The position numbers and the translations under genes are program-made. The notes beneath the pieces are model-generated. The model had not been told where the DNA came from and ran no database searches. It saw only the letters and a list, made by a program, of their open reading frames with translations. DNA of 64,000 nucleotides from Ruminococcus sp. (GTDB lineage: Bacteria > Bacillota > Clostridia > Oscillospirales > Acutalibacteraceae): positions 2,931-66,930 of the forward strand of contig JAFNSO010000027.1 of the NCBI GenBank assembly GCA_017384945.1, written 5' to 3'. Positions 1-10,648 of this stretch are shown here, in pieces (the stretch's first letter is position 1; the number at the start of each line of letters is the position of its first letter).

Positions 1-3000
1 GCGGAAACAGTGGTTGACTTGTTGTAAAGATTCTGACCGTTGAAATCCTTGTAGGGAGTTTCCTCGAGTTCAAAGGTGACGTCGGTCTTGGCGGCATGCA
101 TCTTCTGATTCTCAACAATCGTATCGTTGGGATAATACTCGTCGCCCTCGTTTTCAACGAAGTCTGTTGCGTAAGCAAAGATACGTCCCTTGAAATTAGC
201 CTTTACGGTAAACGAAACCTCGTTGTTCTTGTCGACATTAAAGGTGCCGACCTTCTTCTTTGTGTTGCCCGTCTTATCCATAAGGAAGCAGGTGATTGAT
301 TTTACGCCCGAGCCGTCGCTGTCACCGTCCTCGGCGATATCTGCGGCTGTTACGGTAACCTTTACGTTATCCTTGAAGAAGAAGCTGTAGTCGGTTTCAC
401 TGACCGTCTTGTTGTCCTCTGTTTTTGAAAGCTTTTCGGTTAATTTAGATTTCTTGCTTGTATCAAAATAGAAGCTTGTGATTACGGGTCCAGTTTTATC
501 AAAATGGAATTCAAACTTGTCATTGTACGCGCAGTCATCCTTGTTGAGCTTACCGTCCTTTGTAGTGCTGACGTTGTTGCCCCAAGCGCGAATCTTGATA
601 ACAGACTTACCCTCTTGCTTGTAATCGTCGTCAACGCTGTTGAGGTCGAGCACAACCTTGATTACCGAATACTTCTTGCCCGTATACGCCGAGGGCTTTG
701 TGAACACACCGTTATCGTGGTCGGTGATAAGCGAGCCGGGAGCTTCTGGCTTCATATTTTCATCAAGCTCATAGAACTTGGCGTACTGTGTAACATCAAT
801 TGTTGAACCACTGTTTTCGATGTAAACCGCGATTTTCTGAATCTTTGAGGTTGTATCCTTTACAACCGCCGCGTATGTGAAATCGTCGTTGAACCAGAGG
901 TAGTTTTTGCTGTCCCTGTATCCCTTCTTGGTGACGCTTCCGAGAACGTTAATATCAGGCTTATTTGAGGTCTTTGTCGCGACAATATCGTCAAACGCGT
1001 CAAAGCCCTTAGTAACGTCAATCTCCTTCTCGGCTGAATCAAGAACAACGGATACGTCCTTGTCGTTGTACTTATATTCCTTTGACTTGTTGTCAAAATT
1101 ATCCTTAAGAGAAATCTTGAGCTTATTAAAGAAGCTGTTTTTATCCGAGTTGCCGACCTTGAGCTCGAAGGAGCGTGAGTAATACTCTCTGCCGTCGTCC
1201 TTGTCGTCAAGTCTCTTAAAGGAACCTGCGATCGGAGAAACCTCTCCGTTGGAGTCGTTTGTAAGCGAGATACCGCTTTCGGAAATTCCCGCGGAGGGAG
1301 ACTCGTCGGAAACGATAACCTCAACGAGAATCTTGTTGTTTGAATAGAGACCGAAGGTCAGAAGGTTGAGAATCTGATCGGCGGCGTTGTTGGCGCCCTT
1401 CTTGAATATAACCTTCTCGAGAGTCGGAGCGGATTCATCAATGTTGAAGCCTACCTTGAACTCCTTGGAAACCTCGGAGTTGTTCGTAACCTTAAAGGTG
1501 AGGATGAACGCGCCGCTTGAAACGCCGTAATCGGTCGCGTCGAACTGAGCTACAACCGAGGTCGTCTTTGTTCCGTCGAAATCGGGAGCCGTGGCGTCGG
1601 AAGCGCTCTTCATACATTTGACTCTTACGGGCTTGTCGGTTTTACCTGTCTTTAAGGTCGCTTCCACAGCCTTGATACCCGAGAGCTCGTCAATGAATCT
1701 CGCGCTGATTGTAGCGTGCTTCTTTGATTCCTCGGAGTAGGTTCCGCCGTCATAGTCGCCCTCGCCCGCTCTCGCGTCCTCAAAGTTTTCAAACGCGAAG
1801 CCGTCCTTCTTGGCGTCCTTTACCTTTTCGTCGAAGGTCTTGTCAATCTTGATGTTTTCGGGATCCTTGTTGACTACGATGTCGAACTTGCTGTCGGCGT
1901 CGTGCTTTTCATCGTTGACCTTTGTCTGTGAATCAGCGTAATAGAAGCCCGAATATGAGTTGTTGAGCTTATCCGTTACCGTAACCTTTAAATCCTTGTA
2001 GTTACTGCGCGCGGCGTCTGAGCCCACTGACAGGTCAAATACCTTAACGTACTTGCCGTCCTTGAAGTAAGAGGATGAATTGGATGTATCAGCCTCTACC
2101 TTCTCGCCCTTTTCCGAGGTGAGGAGGATTTTGTCGTACTCAATACCCGACGAGGGAGCTGCGTCAGTGATTGTGACCTCAGCCTTAACCTTTGTTTTTG
2201 AGTAAAGACCGAAGGTGAGAGCGTTGAAGAACGCGTCGGCGGCGGTGCCTTCCTTCTGCGGAATGAACTTGACCTGCTCAACGCTCGGGTTCGTCTCGTC
2301 CACAAGGAACGATACGCCGAAATCAGCCTTTAAGCCGATGTTGTTCTTTACTGTGTATGTGATTGTGTACTCGCCGCTTTCGAGCTTGCCGTCCGCGTTG
2401 AATACGGTATTAACTGATGTTATTTTCTCCGCGCCTGTATTTGCGGGTGTTACGGTGAGAGGAAGCTCTTCCTTGGAATCCTTTTTGCCGTCCTTAGTGA
2501 GCACAGCCTTTACATCGGCGATTCCCGATACGCTGTCAACAAATTTTGCGACAATCTTGCTGCCCTGATTGAAACGGTTGCTGTAGTAAACCTTGTCGCC
2601 TTCCTTGACGGAAGCAAAGTTCTCGAACTCCACCGCGCCGTCGAGGACGATATTTGTCTTGTCGTTGTTGATTACGAGATCGTACTTTTCGTCCGCTTTG
2701 ACTGTCTTGTCCTCGCAGACTACCTCGCCGTCGTAGTATTTAGCCTCAAACTTATTGTTGAACTTATCCTTGACATTGAGGGTGAGATCCTTGTAGTTGC
2801 TCTTGTCTGCCGTTGTACCCGCGGCGAGAGTAAACTCCTTCTTATAAGTTACCTTTTTTCTTGTTTCGTTCTCCGACGAGAAGGTGCTCTCGCCATTGAC
2901 CGACTCGCCCTTGGCGGAGGTAAGCTTTACGTCCTCGCAGAGTATGCGCGCGGACGGCTTTGCGTCGCTTATTGTGACGACCGCCTTCATGGTGCCGTTG

Positions 3001-6000
3001 GAATAGAGACCGAAGCTCAGAATGTTAAGGAGCTTATCGACGTCTGACTGCTCGTAAACAAGCTCGAGCTTTTCAAACTCGGGTGTTGTCTTGTCGATAT
3101 CAAAGTCAACGGAGAACTTCTTCTTCTGACCTACGTTGTTTTTGACTGTGAAGGACAGAGTATAGCTTCCCGTCTCGAGCTTGAGAGCCGAGATGTTGAC
3201 CTTGGCGTCCGCCTTGAGAACCTTTGAGCTTAAAAGGTCGGGAGCTATAACGTCAACCTTTGCGGGAGCCGCGTCGCCCTTAATGATTTCAGCGGTAATC
3301 TCGTTAAGACCCTTGAGCTCGTCGCTGAACTGAGCCGTTACGGTACCGTTGGAGGTCTGAGCGTCGCTGAATATCGCGGTGCCGTCTACGGAGTCGCTGT
3401 AGTCGAAGTTCTCGAACTTAAAGCCGTCCTCAACTACGTCCGCTCCCTTGTCGAACTCTGTGTTGATTTTGATTGTGCTGTCGCTGTTGTTGAGGATAAT
3501 ATCGAAGTTCTTGTCAACCGCCTTATCCTCACCGTTGATTTTAACGTTTGTGCTGTAGTACTTTGCCTTAATCTCGTTCTGGAGATTATCATTGATTGTA
3601 AATACGATATCCTTGTAGTTGCTCTTCGAGATATCGTCGGATACGGAAATGATGAAGTCCTTTGTGTACTTTCCGTCCTTCTGCTTAAAGCTCGCCGCAA
3701 CGGGAGAAACCTTGTAGCCCGCAGCGGAATCGAGGATAACGTCGTTATCGGAAATACCGCATGAGGGATCAGCGTCCTTGATTGTAAGAGTAACCTTAAC
3801 GTCGCTGTCGGAGAAGAGACCGAAGGTGAGAACATTTAAGAGGTTCTGAACAGCCGTTGTCTCAGCGGGAGCGAACGCTACGCTCTCAACAACAGGGGCT
3901 GTCTTGTCGACCGTAAAGTGGCTTGTTACCGTTTTCTTCACGCCGCTGTTGTTGTATACGGTGAACACAGCCTCGTACTCGCCGTCGGGAATACCGTCCT
4001 TATATACGTCCGTTGTCGCAAACTCAATCTTGAGGTCACTTGCCTTTGAGCCGCTCATTGTAGGTGTGAGCTTAGCGGATGTAACCTTGGCGCCGTTGAG
4101 AGTTACCTCGGTCTTATCGGTATCTATGCCCGAGAGTGAATCTCTGATTGTAACAAAGAGCTTGCCGTCCTTGTTTACGAAGAGCTTGTTGCCGTCGGAG
4201 ATAAAAGGAGTTCCGAGGTCATAGCTTACGCCTTCAAATACGTCCTTCTTGTCGCCGCTGTCGGCGGTAATATTTTCAATGTTGGAAGTATTGTTTGAGG
4301 AAACAATCTCGAAGTTCTCGCCGGGAGTAAGAGTCTTTCCGTCAACTGTCGGCTTGAAGTCGGTAATCGGAAGAACAACGTCCTTGCCGTTGCCGATAGC
4401 GTCCTCAACGGTGAATTTGATATTCTTGTAGGAGGAGCTGTTGTTTACGTCGAGCGAGAAGGTGATATTTGCCGACTCCTTCTGAGAAGCGTTTCTTGTA
4501 AGAGTGTCGCCCGAGTGAATGAACTTAACGTTAGTGATACCCGACGACTTGACGACTGAAGAGAGTGTATCGTCAATTTCGAGTTCAACGTCAACGGAAG
4601 AATTGGAATATACTCCGTTGTTGTCGGCGTTTGAAATACTTCCGTTTATTTTTACGCTCTTGATTACGGGAGCGTCGTTATCAACGAAGATTTCCTTTGT
4701 CTTGACCGACTTGTTGCCGGCGTTGTTAACGGCTGTCATACGGAAAATGTATCTTCCGCTCTCAAGCTTGTCTGTTTCGTAGGATACGGGAACCTCCGTC
4801 TCCTTCTTTGTATCGGGAGCGAACGACGCGGCTACCTTGTCGGTAATATTTGTCAGAGCCGCTTCCGCGATATCAACGTCTGACGCAACCTTTCCGAACT
4901 CTACCTTGATTGCGCTGAGACCTGAGTTGTTGTCTGTGAATTTGGAGGTGATTACCGCCTTCTCACCCTTGTAGAAGCCGTTCTTGCTTTCAAGACCCGA
5001 AACCTCTATATTGCTGATATTAACATCATCAAGCGAAGCGAGAATATCGTAAACCTCGGGGTCGTTGTCCGCGGCAACCTGAACGCTGAGGTTCTTGCCC
5101 GACGCCTTGAGCTTGTATACGGAGGAAGAGTTGCCCGCCGTGTCCTTAATCTTGAAGCGAAGGTTAACAAGCTTAGCCGCCTTGGACGCGGGAGCCTTAT
5201 AGAAGTACTTACTGCCCTCGGTCTTGACAAATTTGAGCACGTCGCTGTTAGCTCCGTCAAGAATAATCGCGTTGTCGCTGAGCGGCGAGGGGTTTGCGCC
5301 CTCGTTTACGGCGGTAAAGATAACGGTGAGATCCTCGTTGGAGTAAACGCCGTAATCTCTGTAGTTCTTGCCGTTTTCAACCGCAACCTCGCTTACCGCG
5401 GGAGCCTTGTTGTCGTATTTGATTTCAGCGGTTTCAAAGCTGTCGCTGTTGCCCGCCTTGTCTGTTACTACGATTGTCTTTTTGCCGAAATCGGTAGCTT
5501 CAAAGCTGTAAACACCGCCCTCGGCAGTGAGCTCGTCCTCACCGAGCTTAACTGTGCTTATTCCAGAGCACTCCGTATCGGAGGGATAATCCTTGACCTT
5601 AAAGCTGACCTTTACGGGCTTGTTTGTCCAGTCGGACTCGGAATATGTAAAGCCCTGAGTAAGACGAGGCTTTTCCTTATCAATCTTTACGGGCTTAGTC
5701 GTGATTTCGGTGTGGTTGCCGACACTGTCGGAAATGCTGATGATGTAGGTTGCGTACTCGTCCGCCGTAAAGCTGTAAACCTTGTTTACGGGAGCGAGGG
5801 GCTTGCCGTCGCCCGAATCGGTTGACTTGCGGTATGTAACGGTGCCTACGCCCGAGATATCGTCGGTAATCTTTACGGATACCTTGGAGTTCTTATTTGT
5901 CCAGATTTTATCCGCGTCGTTTTCGTAGGTGATGTCCGCGTCGCCGACCTGAGGAGCGGAATTGTCGATTGTGTATGTCTTTACGGACTCGGACGCGTTT

Positions 6001-7802
6001 CCGCAGTTGTTGACCGCGAGAACCTTGAAGTCATATTTTCCCGACTCAATCGCGGCGGGAACGGTGAATTTGAGAGTCTTGTTCTTTATCTTTGAGGTCT
6101 CGGAATTATCAAGCTTGTCTACCTGAGCGTATTCCGTATCGCCTGTCTTTTTATACATAAGGACAGCCTCTTTGAGACCTACTACCTCGTCCTTTACCTT
6201 TACGGAAATCTCCTTGCCCGCGGGAATCTGAGTAACCGAGGCGTCTCCGTCGGCCTCGAAGTCAAGAATGTCGGGTTTGATTTTCTGAGATATGATAACC
6301 TCAAACGAAACTCTGGACTCATCGTTGAGAAGCTCCTCAACCTTGTCCTTGTTCTTAATCTTTACATATACGCTGTCAGTAAGCATATTGTAGGAAGCGC
6401 TGTTACCCGCCTCGTCGGTGAGCTTGATATTCAAATCATACTTGCCGTCCTCTGTGTCAAGAACAGGAAGCGCAAACTTGTTGCCCGCGCCGCTTAAAGC
6501 GGATGTACCGTTGAGCAAACTGAGAGTCTTTACGGGAGCTCCGTCCTTAGTGTCAACGTCAACAGTCGCGAAAACCTTTCTGTTGTCATACAGACCGAAG
6601 GAAAGCTTTCTGAGCGCGGCGTCTGCGTCGCTTTCATCGGCTGAGAAGGTAACCGTAACGTCCTCTGCCGCGGGAGCGCTCTTGCAAATCTTAAGCTTGC
6701 TCTTTTCGATTGTATAATCAGCGGCCTCGCCCGCGTTGTTATCGTAGGAGACCTTGTAATCCTGCATAGTGTCCGCTACGAAGAAATACTCTCCGCCGCT
6801 TTCGCTTACGGTATAAGCGTTGTTATTTTTAACGCCCTTTACAGACACGGAATTTTTGCTGACGCCCGACTCGTTGTCGCTGAGCTTGAACGTAACCTTG
6901 AGGTTGCCCTTTGTCCACTTGCCTGTCATATCATCCGCGGAGGATGTCGCGGCGTCGGTAATCGAAAGCAGCTCAAAAACAGGAGCGGACTTGTCAATCT
7001 TAACCTTGTCGGTAGCCTTTTCCGTCTTGTAGCCGAACTTATCGGTCAGGGTAACGGTGTAGTTATCATTCTTTTCGGCGATAAAGCTGTACTTTCCGTC
7101 AGAGCTCGAGACAGTGACGTCATCCGAACCGCACTTACAGGACGCCTTGTCAACAATATCTTTATCAGCCTCAAACGTAACCTTTACGTTTTTGTTTGTC
7201 CATGAATTGTTATCTCCGCCGTCGTATTTGAAGTCGCCGATAGCGGGACCCTTCTTTACAACTTCAAAGGTTGTATCAATATCGTTAAAAGGAGTGCCTT
7301 CGGAATTTTTATTGACAAACACAAGACGGTTTACACCCTCCTTAAGACCGCTTTGCAACGCCTTTTCAACGTCAACGGTAAGGGTGATGTTACCTTCGCT
7401 GTCCTTTTCCGCCTTGTAGCCCTCAGGCTTACAAACCTCCATCTGATTAGCTAATTTGCTCTTCAAATCTATTTTAAGAGAAAGTGTTTCAGGCTTTGAG
7501 GGATCAAATTCCGCGGCGGTTTTCGGGAAAAACCTGTAATAAAGCTTCTTGACCTTTCCTCCGTCGAAATAATAATTCTTACCGTTTGAATTTTTAACGG
7601 CGTAAGCCTCATCGTCAGCAAACAGCTCATAGCTCTTTGTTACGCCCGAGCCTGTTTTGATACGAGGTTTTTTCTCATCGGGAGTCGCGATTTTAGCGGA
7701 GCCCGAAATAACGGGAGCGACAAAAAGCGTACCCGTAACAATTAAAACCGAGAGAAGCGCGGCAATTGTTTTTCGCAGCGCGTTTAAGCTTTTTCTTCTC
7801 AT
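1..7802 (-). CDS. Giant secreted Ig-like repeat surface protein (>2600 aa; 3' end outside the window)
   Basis: Not in the ORF track, consistent with no stop codon in the window. ATG at 7802 overlaps the upstream stop (ATGA) with AGGAG RBS near 7810-7814. N-terminus MRRKSLNALRKTIAALLSVLIVTGTLFVAPVISGSA is signal-peptide-like. Repeated Ig-like boundaries (IDKSAPV, IDNSAPQ, YDNKAPA, VDNDAPV, D/NxAGN). The same frame is still open at position 3 (...KDFNGQNLYNKSTTVS). Confidence 0.88.
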   Translation of the reverse strand, partial: MRRKSLNALRKTIAALLSVLIVTGTLFVAPVISGSAKIATPDEKKPRIKTGSGVTKSYELFADDEAYAVKNSNGKNYYFDGGKVKKLYYRFFPKTAAEFDPSKPETLSLKIDLKSKLANQMEVCKPEGYKAEKDSEGNITLTVDVEKALQSGLKEGVNRLVFVNKNSEGTPFNDIDTTFEVVKKGPAIGDFKYDGGDNNSWTNKNVKVTFEADKDIVDKASCKCGSDDVTVSSSDGKYSFIAEKNDNYTVTLTDKFGYKTEKATDKVKIDKSAPVFELLSITDAATSSADDMTGKWTKGNLKVTFKLSDNESGVSKNSVSVKGVKNNNAYTVSESGGEYFFVADTMQDYKVSYDNNAGEAADYTIEKSKLKICKSAPAAEDVTVTFSADESDADAALRKLSFGLYDNRKVFATVDVDTKDGAPVKTLSLLNGTSALSGAGNKFALPVLDTEDGKYDLNIKLTDEAGNSASYNMLTDSVYVKIKNKDKVEELLNDESRVSFEVIISQKIKPDILDFEADGDASVTQIPAGKEISVKVKDEVVGLKEAVLMYKKTGDTEYAQVDKLDNSETSKIKNKTLKFTVPAAIESGKYDFKVLAVNNCGNASESVKTYTIDNSAPQVGDADITYENDADKIWTNKNSKVSVKITDDISGVGTVTYRKSTDSGDGKPLAPVNKVYSFTADEYATYIISISDSVGNHTEITTKPVKIDKEKPRLTQGFTYSESDWTNKPVKVSFKVKDYPSDTECSGISTVKLGEDELTAEGGVYSFEATDFGKKTIVVTDKAGNSDSFETAEIKYDNKAPAVSEVAVENGKNYRDYGVYSNEDLTVIFTAVNEGANPSPLSDNAIILDGANSDVLKFVKTEGSKYFYKAPASKAAKLVNLRFKIKDTAGNSSSVYKLKASGKNLSVQVAADNDPEVYDILASLDDVNISNIEVSGLESKNGFYKGEKAVITSKFTDNNSGLSAIKVEFGKVASDVDIAEAALTNITDKVAASFAPDTKKETEVPVSYETDKLESGRYIFRMTAVNNAGNKSVKTKEIFVDNDAPVIKSVKINGSISNADNNGVYSNSSVDVELEIDDTLSSVVKSSGITNVKFIHSGDTLTRNASQKESANITFSLDVNNSSSYKNIKFTVEDAIGNGKDVVLPITDFKPTVDGKTLTPGENFEIVSSNNTSNIENITADSGDKKDVFEGVSYDLGTPFISDGNKLFVNKDGKLFVTIRDSLSGIDTDKTEVTLNGAKVTSAKLTPTMSGSKASDLKIEFATTDVYKDGIPDGEYEAVFTVYNNSGVKKTVTSHFTVDKTAPVVESVAFAPAETTAVQNLLNVLTFGLFSDSDVKVTLTIKDADPSCGISDNDVILDSAAGYKVSPVAASFKQKDGKYTKDFIISVSDDISKSNYKDIVFTINDNLQNEIKAKYYSTNVKINGEDKAVDKNFDIILNNSDSTIKINTEFDKGADVVEDGFKFENFDYSDSVDGTAIFSDAQTSNGTVTAQFSDELKGLNEITAEIIKGDAAPAKVDVIAPDLLSSKVLKADAKVNISALKLETGSYTLSFTVKNNVGQKKKFSVDFDIDKTTPEFEKLELVYEQSDVDKLLNILSFGLYSNGTMKAVVTISDAKPSARILCEDVKLTSAKGESVNGESTFSSENETRKKVTYKKEFTLAAGTTADKSNYKDLTLNVKDKFNNKFEAKYYDGEVVCEDKTVKADEKYDLVINNDKTNIVLDGAVEFENFASVKEGDKVYYSNRFNQGSKIVAKFVDSVSGIADVKAVLTKDGKKDSKEELPLTVTPANTGAEKITSVNTVFNADGKLESGEYTITYTVKNNIGLKADFGVSFLVDETNPSVEQVKFIPQKEGTAADAFFNALTFGLYSKTKVKAEVTITDAAPSSGIEYDKILLTSEKGEKVEADTSNSSSYFKDGKYVKVFDLSVGSDAARSNYKDLKVTVTDKLNNSYSGFYYADSQTKVNDEKHDADSKFDIVVNKDPENIKIDKTFDEKVKDAKKDGFAFENFEDARAGEGDYDGGTYSEESKKHATISARFIDELSGIKAVEATLKTGKTDKPVRVKCMKSASDATAPDFDGTKTTSVVAQFDATDYGVSSGAFILTFKVTNNSEVSKEFKVGFNIDESAPTLEKVIFKKGANNAADQILNLLTFGLYSNNKILVEVIVSDESPSAGISESGISLTNDSNGEVSPIAGSFKRLDDKDDGREYYSRSFELKVGNSDKNSFFNKLKISLKDNFDNKSKEYKYNDKDVSVVLDSAEKEIDVTKGFDAFDDIVATKTSNKPDINVLGSVTKKGYRDSKNYLWFNDDFTYAAVVKDTTSKIQKIAVYIENSGSTIDVTQYAKFYELDENMKPEAPGSLITDHDNGVFTKPSAYTGKKYSVIKVVLDLNSVDDDYKQEGKSVIKIRAWGNNVSTTKDGKLNKDDCAYNDKFEFHFDKTGPVITSFYFDTSKKSKLTEKLSKTEDNKTVSETDYSFFFKDNVKVTVTAADIAEDGDSDGSGVKSITCFLMDKTGNTKKKVGTFNVDKNNEVSFTVKANFKGRIFAYATDFVENEGDEYYPNDTIVENQKMHAAKTDVTFELEETPYKDFNGQNLYNKSTTVS

Positions 7803-8272
7803 TTTCTACTCTCCTTCTGGTTATTTAAAAAATTAATATATATAAAATTTATTCCGTTAAACAGACCGTGCATATGCACCGAAGCCAACAGCAAGGCAAT
7901 CAGAATAATCCAGACTGTCTGGCTGATAACAGGAACAAATATAAAAACCAAATTCAGAATAATTAAGAATATCAGCAGTATATCAATAACAAAAGCGGGC
8001 TTATTGCTGAAGAAACACAGAAAACCGGGTCTTCGGTAGGACGAGCGGTTTTTTTGCGCCGCTCTTCTGTGAGAGTTGATGATAAACAACAGAATGTAGC
8101 CGTAAACCATTCCGCCCCAAAAAAGGACTCCCGCCGCGACGGCGATAATAACATTAAACGCATTGCCCTCATAATTGCCTATAAAAGTAAGTAAAATTGA
8201 AAATGCCGAAATAATTAAAGAAATTACCGATTGCTTAAAAAGAAATACGTCTTTTTTCAAGATTTCCTCCAA
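7799..8272 (-). CDS. Multi-pass (about 4 TM) membrane protein, unknown function
   Basis: Four hydrophobic segments; stop overlaps the giant ORF start; start codon (TTG) uncertain. Confidence 0.7.
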   Translation of the reverse strand: MEEILKKDVFLFKQSVISLIISAFSILLTFIGNYEGNAFNVIIAVAAGVLFWGGMVYGYILLFIINSHRRAAQKNRSSYRRPGFLCFFSNKPAFVIDILLIFLIILNLVFIFVPVISQTVWIILIALLLASVHMHGLFNGINFIYINFLNNQKESRK

Positions 8273-8338
8273 AAATCACCTAATGATAAAAGTCAAGTCA
8301 CCCCAACAACGGCAAAAAGCCGCTGTTGAGGAAAAAAC

Positions 8339-8932
8339 TTATAGTATCTCGTCGGAATTTATGAGCATAACTTCCTTCTTAACGGTAAAGTGAATGCTCT
8401 CCGACACATTCGGATTATTTGCCTTGAGGTTCTCGTCCGTGGAAGGATTGAGATTAACCTCGCTGAGAACGGTTGTCTCGTTGAATACAGGCTGCGGCGA
8501 AGCCGTGTTCTGCTGAGAAACGTCTTCGTTCTGAGCGAGAACGCTCGTCTGATTATCGCCGTAGTTATCATCCTGAGACAAAACACTCGTCTGCTCCGAG
8601 CCGTAGCCCGCGGGCTGAGAAGACGCGGGGGCGCCGGTCTCCGTTTTCGGAGGCGGAACAACCGCGGGAGCTCTGCCCTTTTTCTTTCTCTTCTCGGAAA
8701 GCTCTGTTGTCATTGTCTTGCCGTCGACCCTGAGTCTGCCTGTGCTGGCGTTAGCCTTCTGCATCTGGCTCACGGTCTTTGCCTTGGCGCGGCCTGTTTT
8801 CATATCAAAAATCGATTTGATATCGAAAACTATAAAGAGAATGACAGTAATTATGAAAAACAGAATACAGAATGAAAGCGAAACAATGAAGCAGGTATTT
8901 AAAATACCGATTACAGAGGTATCCGCGCCCAT
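8339..8932 (-). CDS. Single-TM membrane protein with a low-complexity tail carrying three (E/Q)T(T/S)VL motifs
   Basis: N-terminal hydrophobic helix; EQTSVL, NQTSVL and NETTVL motifs; start overlaps the kinase stop. Confidence 0.8.
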   Translation of the reverse strand: MGADTSVIGILNTCFIVSLSFCILFFIITVILFIVFDIKSIFDMKTGRAKAKTVSQMQKANASTGRLRVDGKTMTTELSEKRKKKGRAPAVVPPPKTETGAPASSQPAGYGSEQTSVLSQDDNYGDNQTSVLAQNEDVSQQNTASPQPVFNETTVLSEVNLNPSTDENLKANNPNVSESIHFTVKKEVMLINSDEIL

Positions 8933-10647
8933 TATTCATCCCCTCCTTCCATATCCGGCTTAACGTTACCGTAACCGTTTTCCTTGGCTTGTTTTAGGTT
9001 TTCGGTGATATTGTTTACAATTTCCGAGTTACGGAGGATTGTATTCTGGTCGGAGAACTTAGGATCCGCCTGAACAGCGTCGACACTTGCCTTCAAGGTA
9101 TCGATAAGCGAATAGAAATTGTTCTCGGAAATACCGTTTTTGTAAAGAACATCGTTACGGGTAGCAAGCTCGTTGGCGACAAACTTGTAGCCGAGCAACG
9201 CGACCTTTATGTTATCGGTTCGAATAATATCGGCGGAGGAAAGCTCCTGCAGCGCCTTGAAATACTCGCTGACGTCAAATGACGTGTCACCCGAAATATC
9301 ATTTTCCTTTTCGTAGCTGTCGGAGATAACCTTAAGTCTCTTTGCTCTGTCAACCCTTTTGGGGTCGTTTGAATTTTCGATAACCTTATTAAGCCACTTG
9401 CTCGCCATAAGGATTCCCGCGTGTGTGCTGTCCTCCTTGAGGCCGTCGGTGCTGTACCCGAACATCAGCAGATTCGCGAGATCGTAGGCAAACTCATTTC
9501 CGAAGGCAGCCTTGTCCTTGGCGATAAGCTCAGACTCGTGAATCGACTCAATGTTAAGGAGATCATTTTTCTCGTCAGGTGTGATAAGGTCGTCGCTCTT
9601 GTAAATATTCAAAAGCTCGTTGTAAGCTTTAATGTTGTCGGGTTCCATCTCGACAGCCTGCTTGAGCATTTTCTCGTCCTGTTTGTTTACGCCCTGAGTA
9701 ACGAGAGAGTCGTAGGTGGACGCCTGCATTGAGTTGCCCGCGACTGTAAAGCAAACCGAAGCGATTCCCAGAACAACCGTCAGAATAAGGGAGGTCAAAA
9801 ACACCTTCCACTTAATCGACTGAACCCTTTTGTTTTCAATGTCGAGGTCCTTGTAGTGGTCGAGCGCATATAGAAGCTCGGCGCAGGACTGGTAGCGGTC
9901 GTCGGGGTTACGCTGTGTACATTTTGTGATAATCTCCTCGAGACCCGATGAAAGATTCGGGTTCCACTGGCGTATGGGATACATCTCATACGGAGGAGTA
10001 CATGGATTGTGACCTGTAACGAGATGATACATGGTCGCGCCGAGACAGTAAATATCCGTTCTCGCGTCGGTCTGACCGTGACCTCCGTATTGCTCGGGAG
10101 CCGCGTAGCCCTGCGTACCGAGGCAGGTGGTATCCTCGACGCTGGACGACTTGAACTCACGAGCCGTACCGAAGTCAATAAGCGAGACGTTACCGTCCGG
10201 CTTAAGCATAACGTTGGCGGGCTTCATATCTCGGTAGATAATCGGAGGCTTGCGGGAGTGGAGGTATCCGAGTACGTCGCACAGCTGCTTTGACCACTCG
10301 ATTACGTCGTCCTGACTCTGAGCGCCCTTTTCGAGAGCCTTGCTCAGAGAGTTACCCTCGATATAATCCATAACGATGAGGAAGCTTCCGTCGCCGTCTA
10401 TTACATCAATAATACTGGGAAGGTTGGGGTGGTTAAATCTTTTCAGAAGGTCGGTCTCAACAATAAGGTTCTGCTTTACGACCTCAAAATTCTGAACGCC
10501 GTCCTTTCGGACCTCTTTTATTGCCCAGATTTTGTTCGCGCGCTCGTTTACCGCCTGGTAAACAACGCTCATTCCGCCCTTACCTACAACTCTGAGTATT
10601 TTATATTTTCCGTCTACTATAGAACCAATTTCAAGCATACCGTTCAC
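8932..10647 (-). CDS. Hanks-type Ser/Thr protein kinase with TM helix and extracellular helical domain
   Basis: GKGGMSVV, AIK, YRDMKPAN, DFG and APE motifs intact; TM segment VFLTSLILTVVLGIASVCF; no PASTA repeats seen. Confidence 0.95.
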   Translation of the reverse strand: MNGMLEIGSIVDGKYKILRVVGKGGMSVVYQAVNERANKIWAIKEVRKDGVQNFEVVKQNLIVETDLLKRFNHPNLPSIIDVIDGDGSFLIVMDYIEGNSLSKALEKGAQSQDDVIEWSKQLCDVLGYLHSRKPPIIYRDMKPANVMLKPDGNVSLIDFGTAREFKSSSVEDTTCLGTQGYAAPEQYGGHGQTDARTDIYCLGATMYHLVTGHNPCTPPYEMYPIRQWNPNLSSGLEEIITKCTQRNPDDRYQSCAELLYALDHYKDLDIENKRVQSIKWKVFLTSLILTVVLGIASVCFTVAGNSMQASTYDSLVTQGVNKQDEKMLKQAVEMEPDNIKAYNELLNIYKSDDLITPDEKNDLLNIESIHESELIAKDKAAFGNEFAYDLANLLMFGYSTDGLKEDSTHAGILMASKWLNKVIENSNDPKRVDRAKRLKVISDSYEKENDISGDTSFDVSEYFKALQELSSADIIRTDNIKVALLGYKFVANELATRNDVLYKNGISENNFYSLIDTLKASVDAVQADPKFSDQNTILRNSEIVNNITENLKQAKENGYGNVKPDMEGGDE

Positions 10648-10648
10648 C

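Noticed and set aside
96-7419. Many short ORFs listed on both strands
   Set aside because: They are antisense or off-frame shadows of the single giant minus-strand ORF.
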